Positions 19,405-31,325 of a stretch of 64,000 bases of DNA are shown piece after piece; the stretch's first letter is position 1, and every line of letters starts with the position of its first letter. The position numbers and the translations under genes are program-made. Source of the stretch: an uncultured Desulfatitalea sp. (GTDB lineage: Bacteria > Desulfobacterota > Desulfobacteria > Desulfobacterales > Desulfosarcinaceae); contig CAXXMB010000002.1 in the NCBI GenBank assembly GCA_963668675.2, forward strand, positions 3,040,001 to 3,104,000. The letters are read 5' to 3'. The notes beneath the pieces were generated by a model, which was given only the letters and a program-made list of their open reading frames with translations, was not told where the DNA came from and ran no database searches.

Positions 19405-22368
19405 ATGTATTTCCTGCCCTCTGAATTGAAAACCGATGCAGCTTCAAGATGGCGTGCTCTCCTTGAGGCCATGGAGCGAGCCGGTCTCTTGCCGCCTCTG
19501 CTCGATAAGGCGGATGGGATCATTGAGCAGGCTTTGGTTTTCAGTGATTTTGCAACCCATCAGCTTATGCGCGATCCATCTCTGCTCGGAGAGCTAATTG
19601 CCAGCGGGGACCTGCATGTCGCGTATGGTCCCGAGGGTATGCGCGATCGACTGGATAACATATGGCAGGGGCAAGGCCATGTCTCTCCCTTTAAAATGGA
19701 TCTGTCCGAACTCTCCGGGGGAGTATCCCAAGAGACGCTCATGCAGCTGCTGCGATCCTTCCGGCAGCGGGAGATGGTGCGCATTTTTCTGCGCGACATT
19801 TGCGGCTGGTCCGATTTGGATCAGACGTTGGCCGACCTTTCTGCACTTGCCGATACCGCCATCGCCGCAGCCCTGGAAACGATTTACCGGCATGGGTGTC
19901 ACGCATGGGGGGCTCCACGGGACGCAGATGGGCAGCCGCTCCATCTGGTGGTGATTGGCCTGGGCAAGCTGGGTGCCAACGAGCTAAATTTTTCATCTGA
20001 TGTGGACCTGATGTTTGCTTACCCCTCCGAGGGGGAGACGGCGGGAGGCGAAAAGGGTGTCGAGACCAATGAAGCCTTTTTTACCCGCCTATGCCGGAGG
20101 TTGATCCAAGCCATCGGGGCCTCTACAGCCTACGGTTTTGTCTTCAGGGTGGACACGCGCCTGCGCCCCTATGGCGAGGCCGGGCCGCTGGCCATGAACT
20201 TTGACCGCTTGGAGGACTACTATCAGAATCAGGGGCGTGAGTGGGAGCGTTACGCCATGATCAAAGCCCGCGTGGTGGCCGGCGACCAGACGGCCGGCAG
20301 TCGTCTGCTCGATCGTCTTAAGCCCTTTGTCTTCAGGCGTTATCTGGATTATGGCGCCTTTGAGAGCTTACGCGATATGAAGGAGCGCATCGCCGCGGAG
20401 GTTCGCAGCAAGGGGCTTCTGGACAACATCAAGATGGGGCCGGGTGGGATTCGTGAAATCGAGTTCTTCGGGCAGATGTTTCAGCTGATCCGGGGCGGTG
20501 TCGAGCCATCATTACAAATTCGTCCGATTCGAAAGGTGTTGGCCGTACTGGTTGGTGAAAATTACATCCCTGAATCGGTCGGCCAAGTGATGGACCGCGC
20601 CTACCTCTTTTTTCGCAAGGTGGAGAACCGACTGCAGGAGTGGGAGGATCGGCAGGCCCACTCGCTTCCCACAGATGCCGCCGGGCGTTTGCGATTGGCG
20701 GCGGCCATGGGATTTGAAAACTGGGACAGTTTCAAGGCGGTGCTCGACGGCCATCGTTATCAGGTTCATCTGCATTTCAATGAGTTGCTGGCGCCGGTTG
20801 ATGACGGTGGCCCATCCGATCCCCAAAAAGAGGCGGCGGCTAAATTGGCCGCCCTGTGGCAGGGGGTGCTGGGTGAGGGGCAGGGCGAGGCGCTGCTCGA
20901 ACAGATTGGGTATCTCGATGCCGATGCCGCTCTTCAGCAAATCAACTCCTTGAGAAAGGATCGCGTTTTGCAGACATTGGGCCGGATCGGGCGCGAGCGG
21001 TTGAACCGTCTGGTGCCCTTGTTGCTGCTGGCTGCTGGAAAGGCTGAGCAGGCAGACGTTGTGCTGGGGCGGGTGTTCGAGCTGATCAGAAGCATCCAGC
21101 GGCGTACCTCATATCTGGCGCTTCTCATAGAGAATCCTGCGGTGATTACCCATTTGGTGGAGCTGGCCGGTGCAAGCCCGTGGATCGCCTCGTTTCTCAG
21201 CCGTCATCCTGTGCTGCTCGACGAGTTGCTTGATGTGAGGACCCTCTATCGGCCGCCACAAAGGGCAGAGATGGAAAACGACCTGCGGCAGCGACTGGCC
21301 GGTGTGGACGAGGATGACCTGGAGTACCAGATGGAGGTGCTGCGCGTTTTCAAACAGGTCAACGTTCTGCGTGTGGCGGCTTCGGACATCATGCATATTC
21401 TGCCGCTGATGAAGGTCAGTGATCACCTTTCGGACATTGCCGAGGTGGTGGTCTCCGAGGTGGTGCGCCTCTGTTTCGACCAGCTCGTGGCCAAGCATGG
21501 GCAACCGGTTTGCCGGATCGATCGGGGGCATTGCGAGCGCGGTTTCGCTGTTGTCGCCTATGGAAAGCTGGGGGGCTTGGAGTTGGGCTATGGGTCGGAT
21601 CTGGACCTGGTCTTTCTACATGCGGCCGAACCGGGGGAGACCAGGGGGCCGGGACGAAACATGGATAACTCCCAATTTTTCAGCCGACTGGGCCAGCGGG
21701 TTCTGCACATGTTTACCACTCATACCGGTGCGGGCATCCTGTATGAAGCCGATATGCGTCTCAGGCCCAGCGGTGATTCAGGTATGCTGGTCGGTCATGT
21801 CAACGGGTTTGCCGCCTACCAGAGAGAAGATGCCTGGACCTGGGAGCACCAGGCGCTGATCCGGGCCAGATTCATCTCGGGAGATCCGGCCGTGAGGTCG
21901 CTCTTCGATGCGATTCGCCTGGAGATCCTGACGCGTCCCAGGGATACGGAGTTGCTCAGGCAGGAGGTGGCCGGAATGAGGGAGCGACTGCGACAGGAGC
22001 ACCATGGAAAAGCGTTTGATGACTTCGATATCAAACAGGACCCTGGTGGTATCGTCGATATCGAGTTTCTGGTTCAGTATCTGGTGTTAAACAATGCCCA
22101 CCGCCACCCGGAAATCGTTCGCTGGACAGATAATGTCCGGCTGCTGCAGGCCCTGAACGAGGCCGGCATCCTTGATGACGAGACCGCTTTCCGATTGCGG
22201 CGCGCCTACCTTATTTACAGGGCCACGGCTCACCGGCTCAATTTGCGGCAGCAGCCGGCCCTGGTGGGCAACGACCGCTTTCAGCGTCCGCGCCGCTTTA
22301 TTATAGATGTATGGAACCGTTTTCTCTCTCCTCCCAAAATTGCTCTCCCGCCCATCACACCCGCTTAA
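19405..22368 (+). CDS. glnE: GS adenylyltransferase/adenylyl-removing enzyme
   Basis: Two NTase domains GLGKLGANELNFSSDVDL and YGKLGGLELGYGSDLDL; RVDTRLRP; WTWEHQAL. Confidence 0.97.
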   Translation: MYFLPSELKTDAASRWRALLEAMERAGLLPPLLDKADGIIEQALVFSDFATHQLMRDPSLLGELIASGDLHVAYGPEGMRDRLDNIWQGQGHVSPFKMDLSELSGGVSQETLMQLLRSFRQREMVRIFLRDICGWSDLDQTLADLSALADTAIAAALETIYRHGCHAWGAPRDADGQPLHLVVIGLGKLGANELNFSSDVDLMFAYPSEGETAGGEKGVETNEAFFTRLCRRLIQAIGASTAYGFVFRVDTRLRPYGEAGPLAMNFDRLEDYYQNQGREWERYAMIKARVVAGDQTAGSRLLDRLKPFVFRRYLDYGAFESLRDMKERIAAEVRSKGLLDNIKMGPGGIREIEFFGQMFQLIRGGVEPSLQIRPIRKVLAVLVGENYIPESVGQVMDRAYLFFRKVENRLQEWEDRQAHSLPTDAAGRLRLAAAMGFENWDSFKAVLDGHRYQVHLHFNELLAPVDDGGPSDPQKEAAAKLAALWQGVLGEGQGEALLEQIGYLDADAALQQINSLRKDRVLQTLGRIGRERLNRLVPLLLLAAGKAEQADVVLGRVFELIRSIQRRTSYLALLIENPAVITHLVELAGASPWIASFLSRHPVLLDELLDVRTLYRPPQRAEMENDLRQRLAGVDEDDLEYQMEVLRVFKQVNVLRVAASDIMHILPLMKVSDHLSDIAEVVVSEVVRLCFDQLVAKHGQPVCRIDRGHCERGFAVVAYGKLGGLELGYGSDLDLVFLHAAEPGETRGPGRNMDNSQFFSRLGQRVLHMFTTHTGAGILYEADMRLRPSGDSGMLVGHVNGFAAYQREDAWTWEHQALIRARFISGDPAVRSLFDAIRLEILTRPRDTELLRQEVAGMRERLRQEHHGKAFDDFDIKQDPGGIVDIEFLVQYLVLNNAHRHPEIVRWTDNVRLLQALNEAGILDDETAFRLRRAYLIYRATAHRLNLRQQPALVGNDRFQRPRRFIIDVWNRFLSPPKIALPPITPA

Positions 22369-22404
22369 GCTAATGACATTGAGTTTGAAGTGGAAAGTGG
22401 GAAG

Positions 22405-22534
22405 TTTATTAAACCGGCAATTAAATAGGCCAACCTTTGTCATCCCGGACTTGATCCGGGATCCAGGAACGGTCTGGATTCCGGCCTGCGCCGGAACGAC
22501 GATTGCTAAGGTAATTAATTGCCGGGTTAATAAA
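22405..22534. mobile_element. MITE/REP-like element, copy 1
   Basis: 20-bp TIR TTTATTAAACCGGCAATTAA (19/20 match) around palindromic GTCATCCCGGACTTGATCCGGGATCC..GGATTCCGGCCTGCGCCGGAACGAC; second copy at 54695. Confidence 0.8.
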
Positions 22535-22721
22535 GTGAAGGTATGTTGGCGATCCTATAAGTTGTGTTGTTTCATAGGCCGCGTAGATGTGTTGTTGTCC
22601 CCGCCGGCGAACGTGTAAAGCTCTTCTCCAGCCACACCGGCTTTCAAAGCGGTCCCCCTCTTTTTCAGTTTCATAGATTCCCATCCCCTCCAGCAAATAG
22701 GCAGGGACGGTATTAAAAACG

Positions 22722-23254
<533 letters not shown>

Positions 23255-23388
23255 TTCTAACGATTGGGCAGCGGGTTGCGGGGGGCCGTTCGGAGTATGG
23301 GCCGGGCCGGCAAGCAGCGATACAGACGATGCCTTCTATTTTCAAAGAATTTAAAATAACAGTGTTAATACCGAAAGGAGCAGGGCTG

Positions 23389-24795
23389 ATGAAATCAATG
23401 AGATTGATAGGGTTGGGATTGATATTCTTGTTTGGCGGTGTCGCCGGGGTATGGGCGGACGACCCAACGCCGTTAAGTAACAAGGAAGCCATCGATCTGG
23501 TCCAGACCCACGCCAACTATCTGTGGACCCTGGTGGCGGCGTGCCTGGTCTTTTTTATGCAGGCGGGATTTGCCATGGTTGAAACGGGTTTTACCCGGGC
23601 TAAGAATGCCATCAACATTATGATGAAAAACCTCATGGACTTCTCCATGGGCAGTCTGGCCTTCTGGGCCATCGGTTTTGGTCTGATGTTCGGTGCCTCC
23701 AAAACCGGATGGTTCGGCACTTCGGGATTCTTTTTCAGTGATTTTACGCCGGACGGTGATCCGTGGGTATTGGCCTTCTGGATGTTTCAGGTCGTTTTTG
23801 CTGCCACAGCCGCCACCATCGTTTCGGGGGCCATGGCCGAACGGACCAAATTCGTCGGTTATCTGCTCTACAGTGTGGTTGTCAGTGCGCTCATCTATCC
23901 GGTCTTCGGCAGTTGGGCCTGGGGCAGTTTGTTTAACGGCAGCGGCTGGCTTGAAGGACTCGGATTTATCGATTTTGCCGGCTCCACGGTGGTGCACTCC
24001 GTGGGTGGCTGGGCTGCTCTGGCCGGGGCCATTGTTCTGGGGCCGCGTTTGGGCAAATATGGAAAAGACGGCTCCATCAAACCGATCATGGGTCATAGCA
24101 TGACCTTGGCGGCCCTGGGGGTCTTTATTCTCTGGCTGGGTTGGTTCGGATTCAACCCCGGATCGACCACAACGGCCGATACCAGCATCGCCATGATTTT
24201 TGTCAACACCAACCTTGCAGCGGCTGCAGGTGCCGTGTTCGCCATGTTCACATCGTGGATCAAATTTGGAAAGCCGGAAGTGGGCATGAGCCTGAATGGT
24301 GCCTTGGCCGGCCTGGTGGGTATTACGGCCGGATGCGCCAATGTAATGCCTGGCAGTGCGATCATCATCGGCGCCGTCGCCGGCGTACTGGTGGTGCTCT
24401 CAGTGGTCTTTTTTGACCGGATCCGTATCGATGACCCGGTTGGCGCAGTGTCGGTTCACGGCATCAACGGCGCATGGGGAACCCTTGCCGCCGGAATTTT
24501 CAATATCGGCGGCACAAGCATGTCGATCATCGGGGTGCAGTTGCTGGGTATTGGCGCCTGCTTCGTGTGGACTTTTGGCACGGCATTCATCATGTTCAAG
24601 CTCATCGACAAAATTGTCGGTTTGCGTGTCTCCCCTGAAGAGGAGTTGGAGGGGTTGGATGTCACCGAGCACGGCGGCGTGGCCTATCCGGATTTTGGCG
24701 TGACCTCAACCCATGGAGGCTCAGCTACCATGTCCGGCGGTTCAATGGCATCTGCCGCTGCCATGATCGGAGCAAAGCCGGTGCGTCAGGAGTAG
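23389..24795 (+). CDS. amtB: Ammonium transporter
   Basis: FFMQAGFAMVETG, DFAGSTVVHSVGG, WFGFNPGS, DDPVGAVSVH; start after AAGGAG. Confidence 0.96.
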   Translation: MKSMRLIGLGLIFLFGGVAGVWADDPTPLSNKEAIDLVQTHANYLWTLVAACLVFFMQAGFAMVETGFTRAKNAINIMMKNLMDFSMGSLAFWAIGFGLMFGASKTGWFGTSGFFFSDFTPDGDPWVLAFWMFQVVFAATAATIVSGAMAERTKFVGYLLYSVVVSALIYPVFGSWAWGSLFNGSGWLEGLGFIDFAGSTVVHSVGGWAALAGAIVLGPRLGKYGKDGSIKPIMGHSMTLAALGVFILWLGWFGFNPGSTTTADTSIAMIFVNTNLAAAAGAVFAMFTSWIKFGKPEVGMSLNGALAGLVGITAGCANVMPGSAIIIGAVAGVLVVLSVVFFDRIRIDDPVGAVSVHGINGAWGTLAAGIFNIGGTSMSIIGVQLLGIGACFVWTFGTAFIMFKLIDKIVGLRVSPEEELEGLDVTEHGGVAYPDFGVTSTHGGSATMSGGSMASAAAMIGAKPVRQE

Positions 24796-24851
24796 CTTTC
24801 AAACACAAGGAGGGTGTGCGGCTTTAGAGGCCGCTCCTCCTTATTATCAAG

Positions 24852-24894
24852 AGCCGAAAGGCGGCCACTTGGGCCGGCTTTCGGCTGATTTTTT
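24852..24894 (+). terminator. Rho-independent terminator
   Basis: AGCCGAAAG..CTTTCGGCT stem followed by a T run. Confidence 0.65.
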
Positions 24895-24941
24895 GGGGAA
24901 TGTCGCAGGGCCAAGGGCGATGAGGCGTTGGCGACAATATG

Positions 24942-25078
24942 ACATAATTGTTGTTTTAAAGAAATGTTATTGTACAAAAATGTAAGTAGGGGTATATAAT
25001 TCGTATTCTCCTCAAATAATATAAAATACTGTATATATTTGATAATTTTCTTATCTGCTGCGCTGGCACACCTATTGC
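24942..25078 (+). promoter_or_regulatory. sigma54 promoter with paired upstream activator boxes for glnD-amt-PII
   Basis: TGGCAC-ACCTA-TTGC at 25064-25078; ACATAATTGT 24942-24951 and ACAAAAATGT 24974-24983. Confidence 0.85.
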
Positions 25079-25141
25079 GATACAACCAGGTCATTCCTGC
25101 CGACACGCGCATACTGCCGTTCGGAAGATCCTAAGGAAAAT

Positions 25142-27781
25142 ATGGCGATGATACCGTTACCCGACACGAAAGTCACCAATGCACCGGCCCTGGCGTTCCA
25201 GGAGCGGCGGACGAAACTGCTCGAAACGGTGAGCAGCTTCGGTGCGCGGGAGTTTCTCGATACGATGGCCGATGCGGTGGACGAGTACTTTCGGTCCAGT
25301 TTCGCCCAGAGTACCGTCGGGCCCCAGATGGGGATCATGCGCAATCCTTATGCATTGATCGCTTTGGGAGGATACGGTCGCGCGGAGCAGTGCGTCTTTT
25401 CCGACATCGATCTGCTTTTCCTCTTCGAGAACAAGGTGCCGCCCGAGGCTGAAGCGTTGGTGCGCGAGATCGTCTATCCGCTTTGGGATATGGGGCTTGA
25501 AGTGGGCCACGCCACGCGTTCGGTCAAGGAGTGCATTCAAATGGCCCGGCAGGACCTGGAGGTGATGACGTCGTTGCTGGACGGGCGTTTCATCTGTGGG
25601 ATGTCGCCCCTGTTCCATCGTCTCATGGAGCGCCTGCGGCACAAACTGATCAGTGTCAAGCCAGCCAAGCTGATCGGCGCCCTGGTGGAGTCCAACCAAA
25701 CGCGGCACGCCCGATTCGGAGACAGCGCCTATCTGCTCGAGCCCAACCTCAAGGAGGGGCAGGGGGGGTTGCGCGACTACCACACGATGCTGTGGATTGC
25801 CCGCATTCAGTCGGATGTGAAATCGGCTCGGGATCTGGAGTATTGCGGTTATCTCTCCAATGATGAATACGCGACCCTCGAGCGGTCTCTTTCGTTTGTC
25901 TGGTCGGTACGCAACCAACTCCACCTGCTCATGGGGCGCAAACTCGATCAGTTGCATCTGGAGCACCAGACCCGGCTGGCCGAGGTGATGAAGGTGGGGC
26001 AGACCAATGGCCACCTTCCGGTTGAGCAGCTTCTGGGCGACCTTCACGGCCACATGGAGTATGTCAAGCAGTGCTACCGTGTTTTTATCTACGAACTGGA
26101 CCAGCGAAAACGCCTCAAACGAAAAAACAAGGCGCTTAAGGTGACCCAGGTTCCGGGTCTTAAGTTCAATCGAGGCCTGCTCAATTTCCTTTCGCCCGAG
26201 GCGATTCTAAGAGATCCGCTGCTGTTGATCCAAATTTTTGTCGAGAGCGCGGCCCACAAAGCGCCACTAAGCGCCGAAGCTCGCCGTTTGATCAAGGAGT
26301 TCGGCGAGATGATCGGCCAGGCCAGTTTCCGCCGATCCCCCGAAGTCGTGGAGACGTTCGAGCGGTTGTTGGCTCGCCCTGCTTCCGGCTTCAATGTGTT
26401 GAACGACATGCTGGAGACCGGTTTCCTGGCCCGCTTCATACCCGAGTTTAGAGGCGTGACCAATCGGATCCAGTTCGACCAATACCATCTCTATCCGGTT
26501 GCCCGGCATCTGCTGCTCAGCGTCAAGCAGCTCAAAGGTATCATTGCCGCAAAGGGGGATGACAGCGGCGACCCACTGGCACCCAAAATTTACCAGGAGA
26601 TTCGACGCAAAAAGGCTCTGCTGTGGGCAACCCTGCTGCACGACATCGGCAAGGCGGAACCGTCCGGCGGCCACTCCGAACGGGGCGCCGAAATGGTGGC
26701 GCGCATTCTTATGGAGAAGGGGTTGTCGGAAAGTGATATCGATACGGCGGTCTTCTTGGTTCGGGAGCATCTCACTCTTTTTGAGACGGCCACCCGCCGG
26801 GACATCAACGATGAGGAGACCGCGCTGTACGTTGCCCGGCGCATCGTCAAGCCCGAACGCCTTAAAATGCTCTACCTGCTCAGCGTGGCCGATGCCATGG
26901 CCACGGGGCCCAAAGCGTGGAACGACTGGACGGCATCGCTGATGCGATCTCTTTTTCTGAAAACGTTCAATGTCATGGAGAAGGGCGAGCTGGTTTCCAA
27001 AAAGGCAATCCGCGTGATCGAAGAGAAGAGGGAACGCATTATCACTGCCTCCCGAACGACGGAGGAGGGAGAAGAGAATGTGCGCCTGATGGATTTCATG
27101 TCACCGCGCTACCTGCTGCACACCCCCTCCCAGGAGATCCCAGAGCACATCGAGCTCTTCCATCGTATGGGGCAGCAGCCTTTTGTGTGGCGCATCGACA
27201 AATCCGCCGACGGCAAGACCCGCACCATCACGCTGTGCGCCAAGGACCGACCGGGACTCCTGTCGCTCGTGGCCGGCGTATTGACCTTGAACAACGTCAA
27301 TATTCTGGACTTCAGGATCTTTACCTGGCGCAACAATGTGGCCCTGGATATTTTTGAGGTGCAGGCGCCGCCCGACCAGATCTTCGAAGAAGAGCGCTGG
27401 CAGCGCATCGAACGCAACATGATTGCGGCCCTGCAGGATGAGTTGGATTTGTCGTCCGAACTGGCCAGCCGGCAGGGCGGTTTTCAGACGCTTCAAGACA
27501 AGGAGATGACCAAGGATCGGCCCCAGAAGGTGGTCATCGACAATGAAACATCCAGCTTTTTTACCATTATTGAAGTGATCGCCTGGGATTTCCCCGGGCT
27601 GCTCTATCGCATCACCGATGCCATCTTTCGTTGCCGGCTAGATATCTGGGTTGCCAAAATCGCCAACCAAGTGGACCAGGTGGTGGATGTGTTCTACGTC
27701 CGCAGTTTTGACGGAGAGAAGGTGGACTCCCCCGAGGAGGAGTCTAAAATTCGTGAAACCATTGGAGAGATACTTCAGTAG
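25142..27781 (+). CDS. glnD: [Protein-PII] uridylyltransferase
   Basis: ALGGYGR..SDIDLL, EPNLKEGQGGLRD, HD domain LLHDIGK, two ACT domains (DRPGLL, DFPGLL). Confidence 0.97.
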   Translation: MAMIPLPDTKVTNAPALAFQERRTKLLETVSSFGAREFLDTMADAVDEYFRSSFAQSTVGPQMGIMRNPYALIALGGYGRAEQCVFSDIDLLFLFENKVPPEAEALVREIVYPLWDMGLEVGHATRSVKECIQMARQDLEVMTSLLDGRFICGMSPLFHRLMERLRHKLISVKPAKLIGALVESNQTRHARFGDSAYLLEPNLKEGQGGLRDYHTMLWIARIQSDVKSARDLEYCGYLSNDEYATLERSLSFVWSVRNQLHLLMGRKLDQLHLEHQTRLAEVMKVGQTNGHLPVEQLLGDLHGHMEYVKQCYRVFIYELDQRKRLKRKNKALKVTQVPGLKFNRGLLNFLSPEAILRDPLLLIQIFVESAAHKAPLSAEARRLIKEFGEMIGQASFRRSPEVVETFERLLARPASGFNVLNDMLETGFLARFIPEFRGVTNRIQFDQYHLYPVARHLLLSVKQLKGIIAAKGDDSGDPLAPKIYQEIRRKKALLWATLLHDIGKAEPSGGHSERGAEMVARILMEKGLSESDIDTAVFLVREHLTLFETATRRDINDEETALYVARRIVKPERLKMLYLLSVADAMATGPKAWNDWTASLMRSLFLKTFNVMEKGELVSKKAIRVIEEKRERIITASRTTEEGEENVRLMDFMSPRYLLHTPSQEIPEHIELFHRMGQQPFVWRIDKSADGKTRTITLCAKDRPGLLSLVAGVLTLNNVNILDFRIFTWRNNVALDIFEVQAPPDQIFEEERWQRIERNMIAALQDELDLSSELASRQGGFQTLQDKEMTKDRPQKVVIDNETSSFFTIIEVIAWDFPGLLYRITDAIFRCRLDIWVAKIANQVDQVVDVFYVRSFDGEKVDSPEEESKIRETIGEILQ

Positions 27782-27840
27782 GCATGAACGGTCACTGGGG
27801 TCTTTAAGAATCATTTGAGCATTGAAGGAGGAAAACGCTC

Positions 27841-29136
27841 ATGTTAAACAAGGTGCTAAGGTATGTTATCCCTCTGTCTCTTTTTACGGTCACACCTGCA
27901 TTTGCATCCGATGCGCTCAACGCCGGTGATACGGCCTGGATGATCGTCTCCACTGCGCTGGTGATGATGATGACTCCTGCCGGCCTGGCTCTTTTTTACG
28001 GTGGGTTGTCTCGCTATAAGAACCTGCTGAACACTTACGCCATGACCTTTGCCGCCTACTGTCTGGCCAGTGTGGTGTGGGTGGTCTATGGCTACAGTCT
28101 GGCATTCGGCCCGGACAAGGCCGGCTTGGTCGGCGGATTGGACTATTTTCTGTTGGCAGGCATTGGCGTCGACTCCCTGTCGGGTACGATCCCCCAGTAC
28201 GTTTTTGTCCTGTTCCAGATGACCTTTGCCGGTATCACCCTGGCCCTGGTCATCGGTTCGATTGTCGACCGTTTGCGCTTTGCCTCGTGGCTTGTTTTTT
28301 CATTGTTGTGGGTGACACTGGTCTACTGCCCGGTGGCCCACTGGGCATGGGGAGGCGGCTGGATGGCCGAGATGGGCGCCCTCGATTTCGCCGGTGGAAC
28401 CGTGGTCCATATCAATGCCGGTGTGGCCGGTTTGGTCCTGGCCCTGGTCCTGGGCAAGCGCATCGGCTACGGTAAAGAGGCCATGTTCCCCTCGAGCGTG
28501 ACCCTGACCGCTCTCGGCGCGGCCCTGCTCTGGTTCGGCTGGTTCGGATTCAATGCCGGTAGCCAGCTGGCGGCAGATGGACTGGCTGGGTCTGCTTTCT
28601 TGGTGACCAATACATCGGCGGCAGTGGGGGCCCTGACCTGGATGTTCATCGAGTGGGCCATGGAGAAAAAACCGACCCTGCTCGGCATGGCGTCGGGGGC
28701 TGTGGCCGGATTGGTGGCGATTACGCCAGCCGCCGGCTTTGTCGGCCTGGGTGCCTCGCTGATTATCGGTGCAGGGGCCGGCCTGCTTGGGTTTGTCTTC
28801 GTTGCCAAGCTCAAACATAAACTGGGGTACGACGACTCCCTGGATGCCTTCGGGGTGCACGGTATTTGCGGTATCTGGGGTGCACTGGCCACCGGCATTT
28901 TTGCCAATCCTGCGGTCAATGCTGCAGGTACGGGCCTGATTTACGGCAATCCCAAACAGCTGTGGATTCAGTTTGTCTCTATTATAGGAACGGCCGCCTA
29001 TTCGGCGGTGGCCACCTTGATCGTGATCGGCCTGACCCGTCTGGTCACGGGGAGTTTGAGGATCGACGCCGAAAGTGAAATTGTCGGACTGGATGGTGCA
29101 TTCCACGGTGAACGCGGTTTTGAGATTCAAAGCTGA
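27841..29136 (+). CDS. amt: Ammonium transporter (second paralog)
   Basis: GDTAWM, FQMTFA, LDFAGGTVVHINAG, WFGWFGFNAGS, YDDSLDAFGVHG. Confidence 0.96.
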   Translation: MLNKVLRYVIPLSLFTVTPAFASDALNAGDTAWMIVSTALVMMMTPAGLALFYGGLSRYKNLLNTYAMTFAAYCLASVVWVVYGYSLAFGPDKAGLVGGLDYFLLAGIGVDSLSGTIPQYVFVLFQMTFAGITLALVIGSIVDRLRFASWLVFSLLWVTLVYCPVAHWAWGGGWMAEMGALDFAGGTVVHINAGVAGLVLALVLGKRIGYGKEAMFPSSVTLTALGAALLWFGWFGFNAGSQLAADGLAGSAFLVTNTSAAVGALTWMFIEWAMEKKPTLLGMASGAVAGLVAITPAAGFVGLGASLIIGAGAGLLGFVFVAKLKHKLGYDDSLDAFGVHGICGIWGALATGIFANPAVNAAGTGLIYGNPKQLWIQFVSIIGTAAYSAVATLIVIGLTRLVTGSLRIDAESEIVGLDGAFHGERGFEIQS

Positions 29137-29166
29137 TCTGCGGCGCCGAACAACGGATTACAATAG

Positions 29167-29514
<348 letters not shown>

Positions 29515-29619
29515 CGTCAGCCCAATACGTATATCCGACATCAAGACTGATTCGTCGGCCTGATACGATAACAGTCAATTGTTGAACAACTACTTGAATG
29601 TGATGTGAAAGGAGAAGCT

Positions 29620-31032
29620 ATGACACCCAAAGATGTGCTTAAGATGGTAAAGGAACAAGGCGTAAAAATGGTCGATTTGCGCTTTATGGATTTTCCCGGA
29701 CTGTGGCAGCACTTTTCTGTGCCGGTATCCGAAGTGGACGAGGGCAGTTTCGAGGACGGTTTCGGTTTCGACGGCTCCAGTATTCGCGGCTGGCAGCCGA
29801 TCAATGCCAGCGACATGCTCGTGATCCCCGATCCGGCCACCGCCAAAATGGATCCATTCTTCAAAGAGCCGACCCTGGTTATGATTTGCGACATCGCCGA
29901 TCCGATCACCCGGGAGCCCTATAGTCGCGATCCGCGGCATATCGCCGCCAAGGCAGAGGCCTATTTGAAGAGCAGCGGTATTGGCGACACCGCCTTCATC
30001 GGACCGGAAGCCGAGTTTTTTATCTTTGACGACATCCGTTTCGAATCCGGCCGAAACCGCGCCTTCTATGAGATCGATTCCGTTGAGGGCATCTGGAATA
30101 CCGGCCGCGACGAGTGTCCGAACCTGGGGTACAAACCCCGCCACAAAGAGGGCTACTTTCCGGTGCCGCCCATGGACAAGTTCCAGGACCTGCGTACCGA
30201 GATGACCCTTGTGCTGCAAGAGATGGGCATCGACATCGAAGCCCAGCACCACGAAGTGGCCACCGCCGGTCAGGCTGAAATCGACATGCGCTTCAAACCG
30301 CTGCTGCAGATGGCCGACCAGCTGATGTGGTTCAAGTATGTGCTCAAGAATGTGGCCTATCAAAACGGCCACACGGTCACCTTCATGCCCAAGCCGCTCT
30401 TCGAGGACAACGGTACCGGCATGCACACCCATATCAGCATCTGGAAGGACGGCAACCCGCTGTTCGCCGGCGACAAATATGCCGGAATGAGCGAGATGGG
30501 AATGTTCGCCATCGGTGGCATTCTCAAGCATGCCCGGGCCATTTGCGCCTTCAGCAACCCGACCACCAACTCCTACAAACGCCTGGTGCCCGGCTTTGAA
30601 GCCCCGGTGAACCTGGCTTACTCCAGCCGGAACCGTAGCGCGGCCGTTCGTATCCCCATGTACTCGTCATCACCCAAGGCCAAACGACTCGAGTTCCGCA
30701 CACCCGATCCTTCGTGCAACGGCTACCTGGCCTTCTCCGCCTTGTTGATGGCGGTTCTCGACGGTATCGAGAACAAGATCGATCCGGGCGATCCGCTCGA
30801 CAAGGATATCTACGGTCTGCCGCCAGAAGAGCTGGCTTTGATCCCGTCGGCGCCCGGCTCCCTGGAAGAGGCCTTGCAGGCCCTGAGGGATGACAAAGCG
30901 TTCCTGACCAAGGGAGACGTGTTCACCGAGGATGCCTTGGATATGTGGATCGCGTACAAAACCGAGAAAGAGGTCAATCCGGTGAAACTGCGTCCCCATC
31001 CACATGAGTTCTCGCTCTACTACGATATATAG
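29620..31032 (+). CDS. glnA: Glutamine synthetase type I
   Basis: [51 protein letters not shown], adenylylation-site DIY. Confidence 0.99.
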   Translation: MTPKDVLKMVKEQGVKMVDLRFMDFPGLWQHFSVPVSEVDEGSFEDGFGFDGSSIRGWQPINASDMLVIPDPATAKMDPFFKEPTLVMICDIADPITREPYSRDPRHIAAKAEAYLKSSGIGDTAFIGPEAEFFIFDDIRFESGRNRAFYEIDSVEGIWNTGRDECPNLGYKPRHKEGYFPVPPMDKFQDLRTEMTLVLQEMGIDIEAQHHEVATAGQAEIDMRFKPLLQMADQLMWFKYVLKNVAYQNGHTVTFMPKPLFEDNGTGMHTHISIWKDGNPLFAGDKYAGMSEMGMFAIGGILKHARAICAFSNPTTNSYKRLVPGFEAPVNLAYSSRNRSAAVRIPMYSSSPKAKRLEFRTPDPSCNGYLAFSALLMAVLDGIENKIDPGDPLDKDIYGLPPEELALIPSAPGSLEEALQALRDDKAFLTKGDVFTEDALDMWIAYKTEKEVNPVKLRPHPHEFSLYYDI

Positions 31033-31073
31033 CGCGTCTGTCGATACAGTCGACTAGCGTTAGCGAAGTCAAT

Positions 31074-31110
31074 GGCCGGGTCCTGCGAAAAGAGGGGCCC
31101 GGCCTTTTTT
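31074..31110 (+). terminator. Rho-independent terminator of glnA
   Basis: GGCCGGGTCCT..AGGGGCCCGGCC followed by TTTTTT. Confidence 0.8.
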
Positions 31111-31325
31111 CTCATGCCAGATGTTGTTAGGACGGCCATGTTGCGGCCAACGGCGTTATTCCCATGTTGCGTTTGATCCTGAAAAATGCAAATTTGTAGC
31201 TTGATTTTTTGGGACTTTTTACGAATTCGTCGAAGTTGAATCATGAAAATTGTCAAAAGCATGTTGCATTAAAAATCACCGGGTTTTTAGCCCTGTCCAA
31301 TTTTGAAGCCACCAAGAGGTGATCC

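Noticed and set aside
22555..22696. Short minus-strand ORFs divergent from glnK
   Set aside because: No recognisable motif; the longer one runs through the MITE
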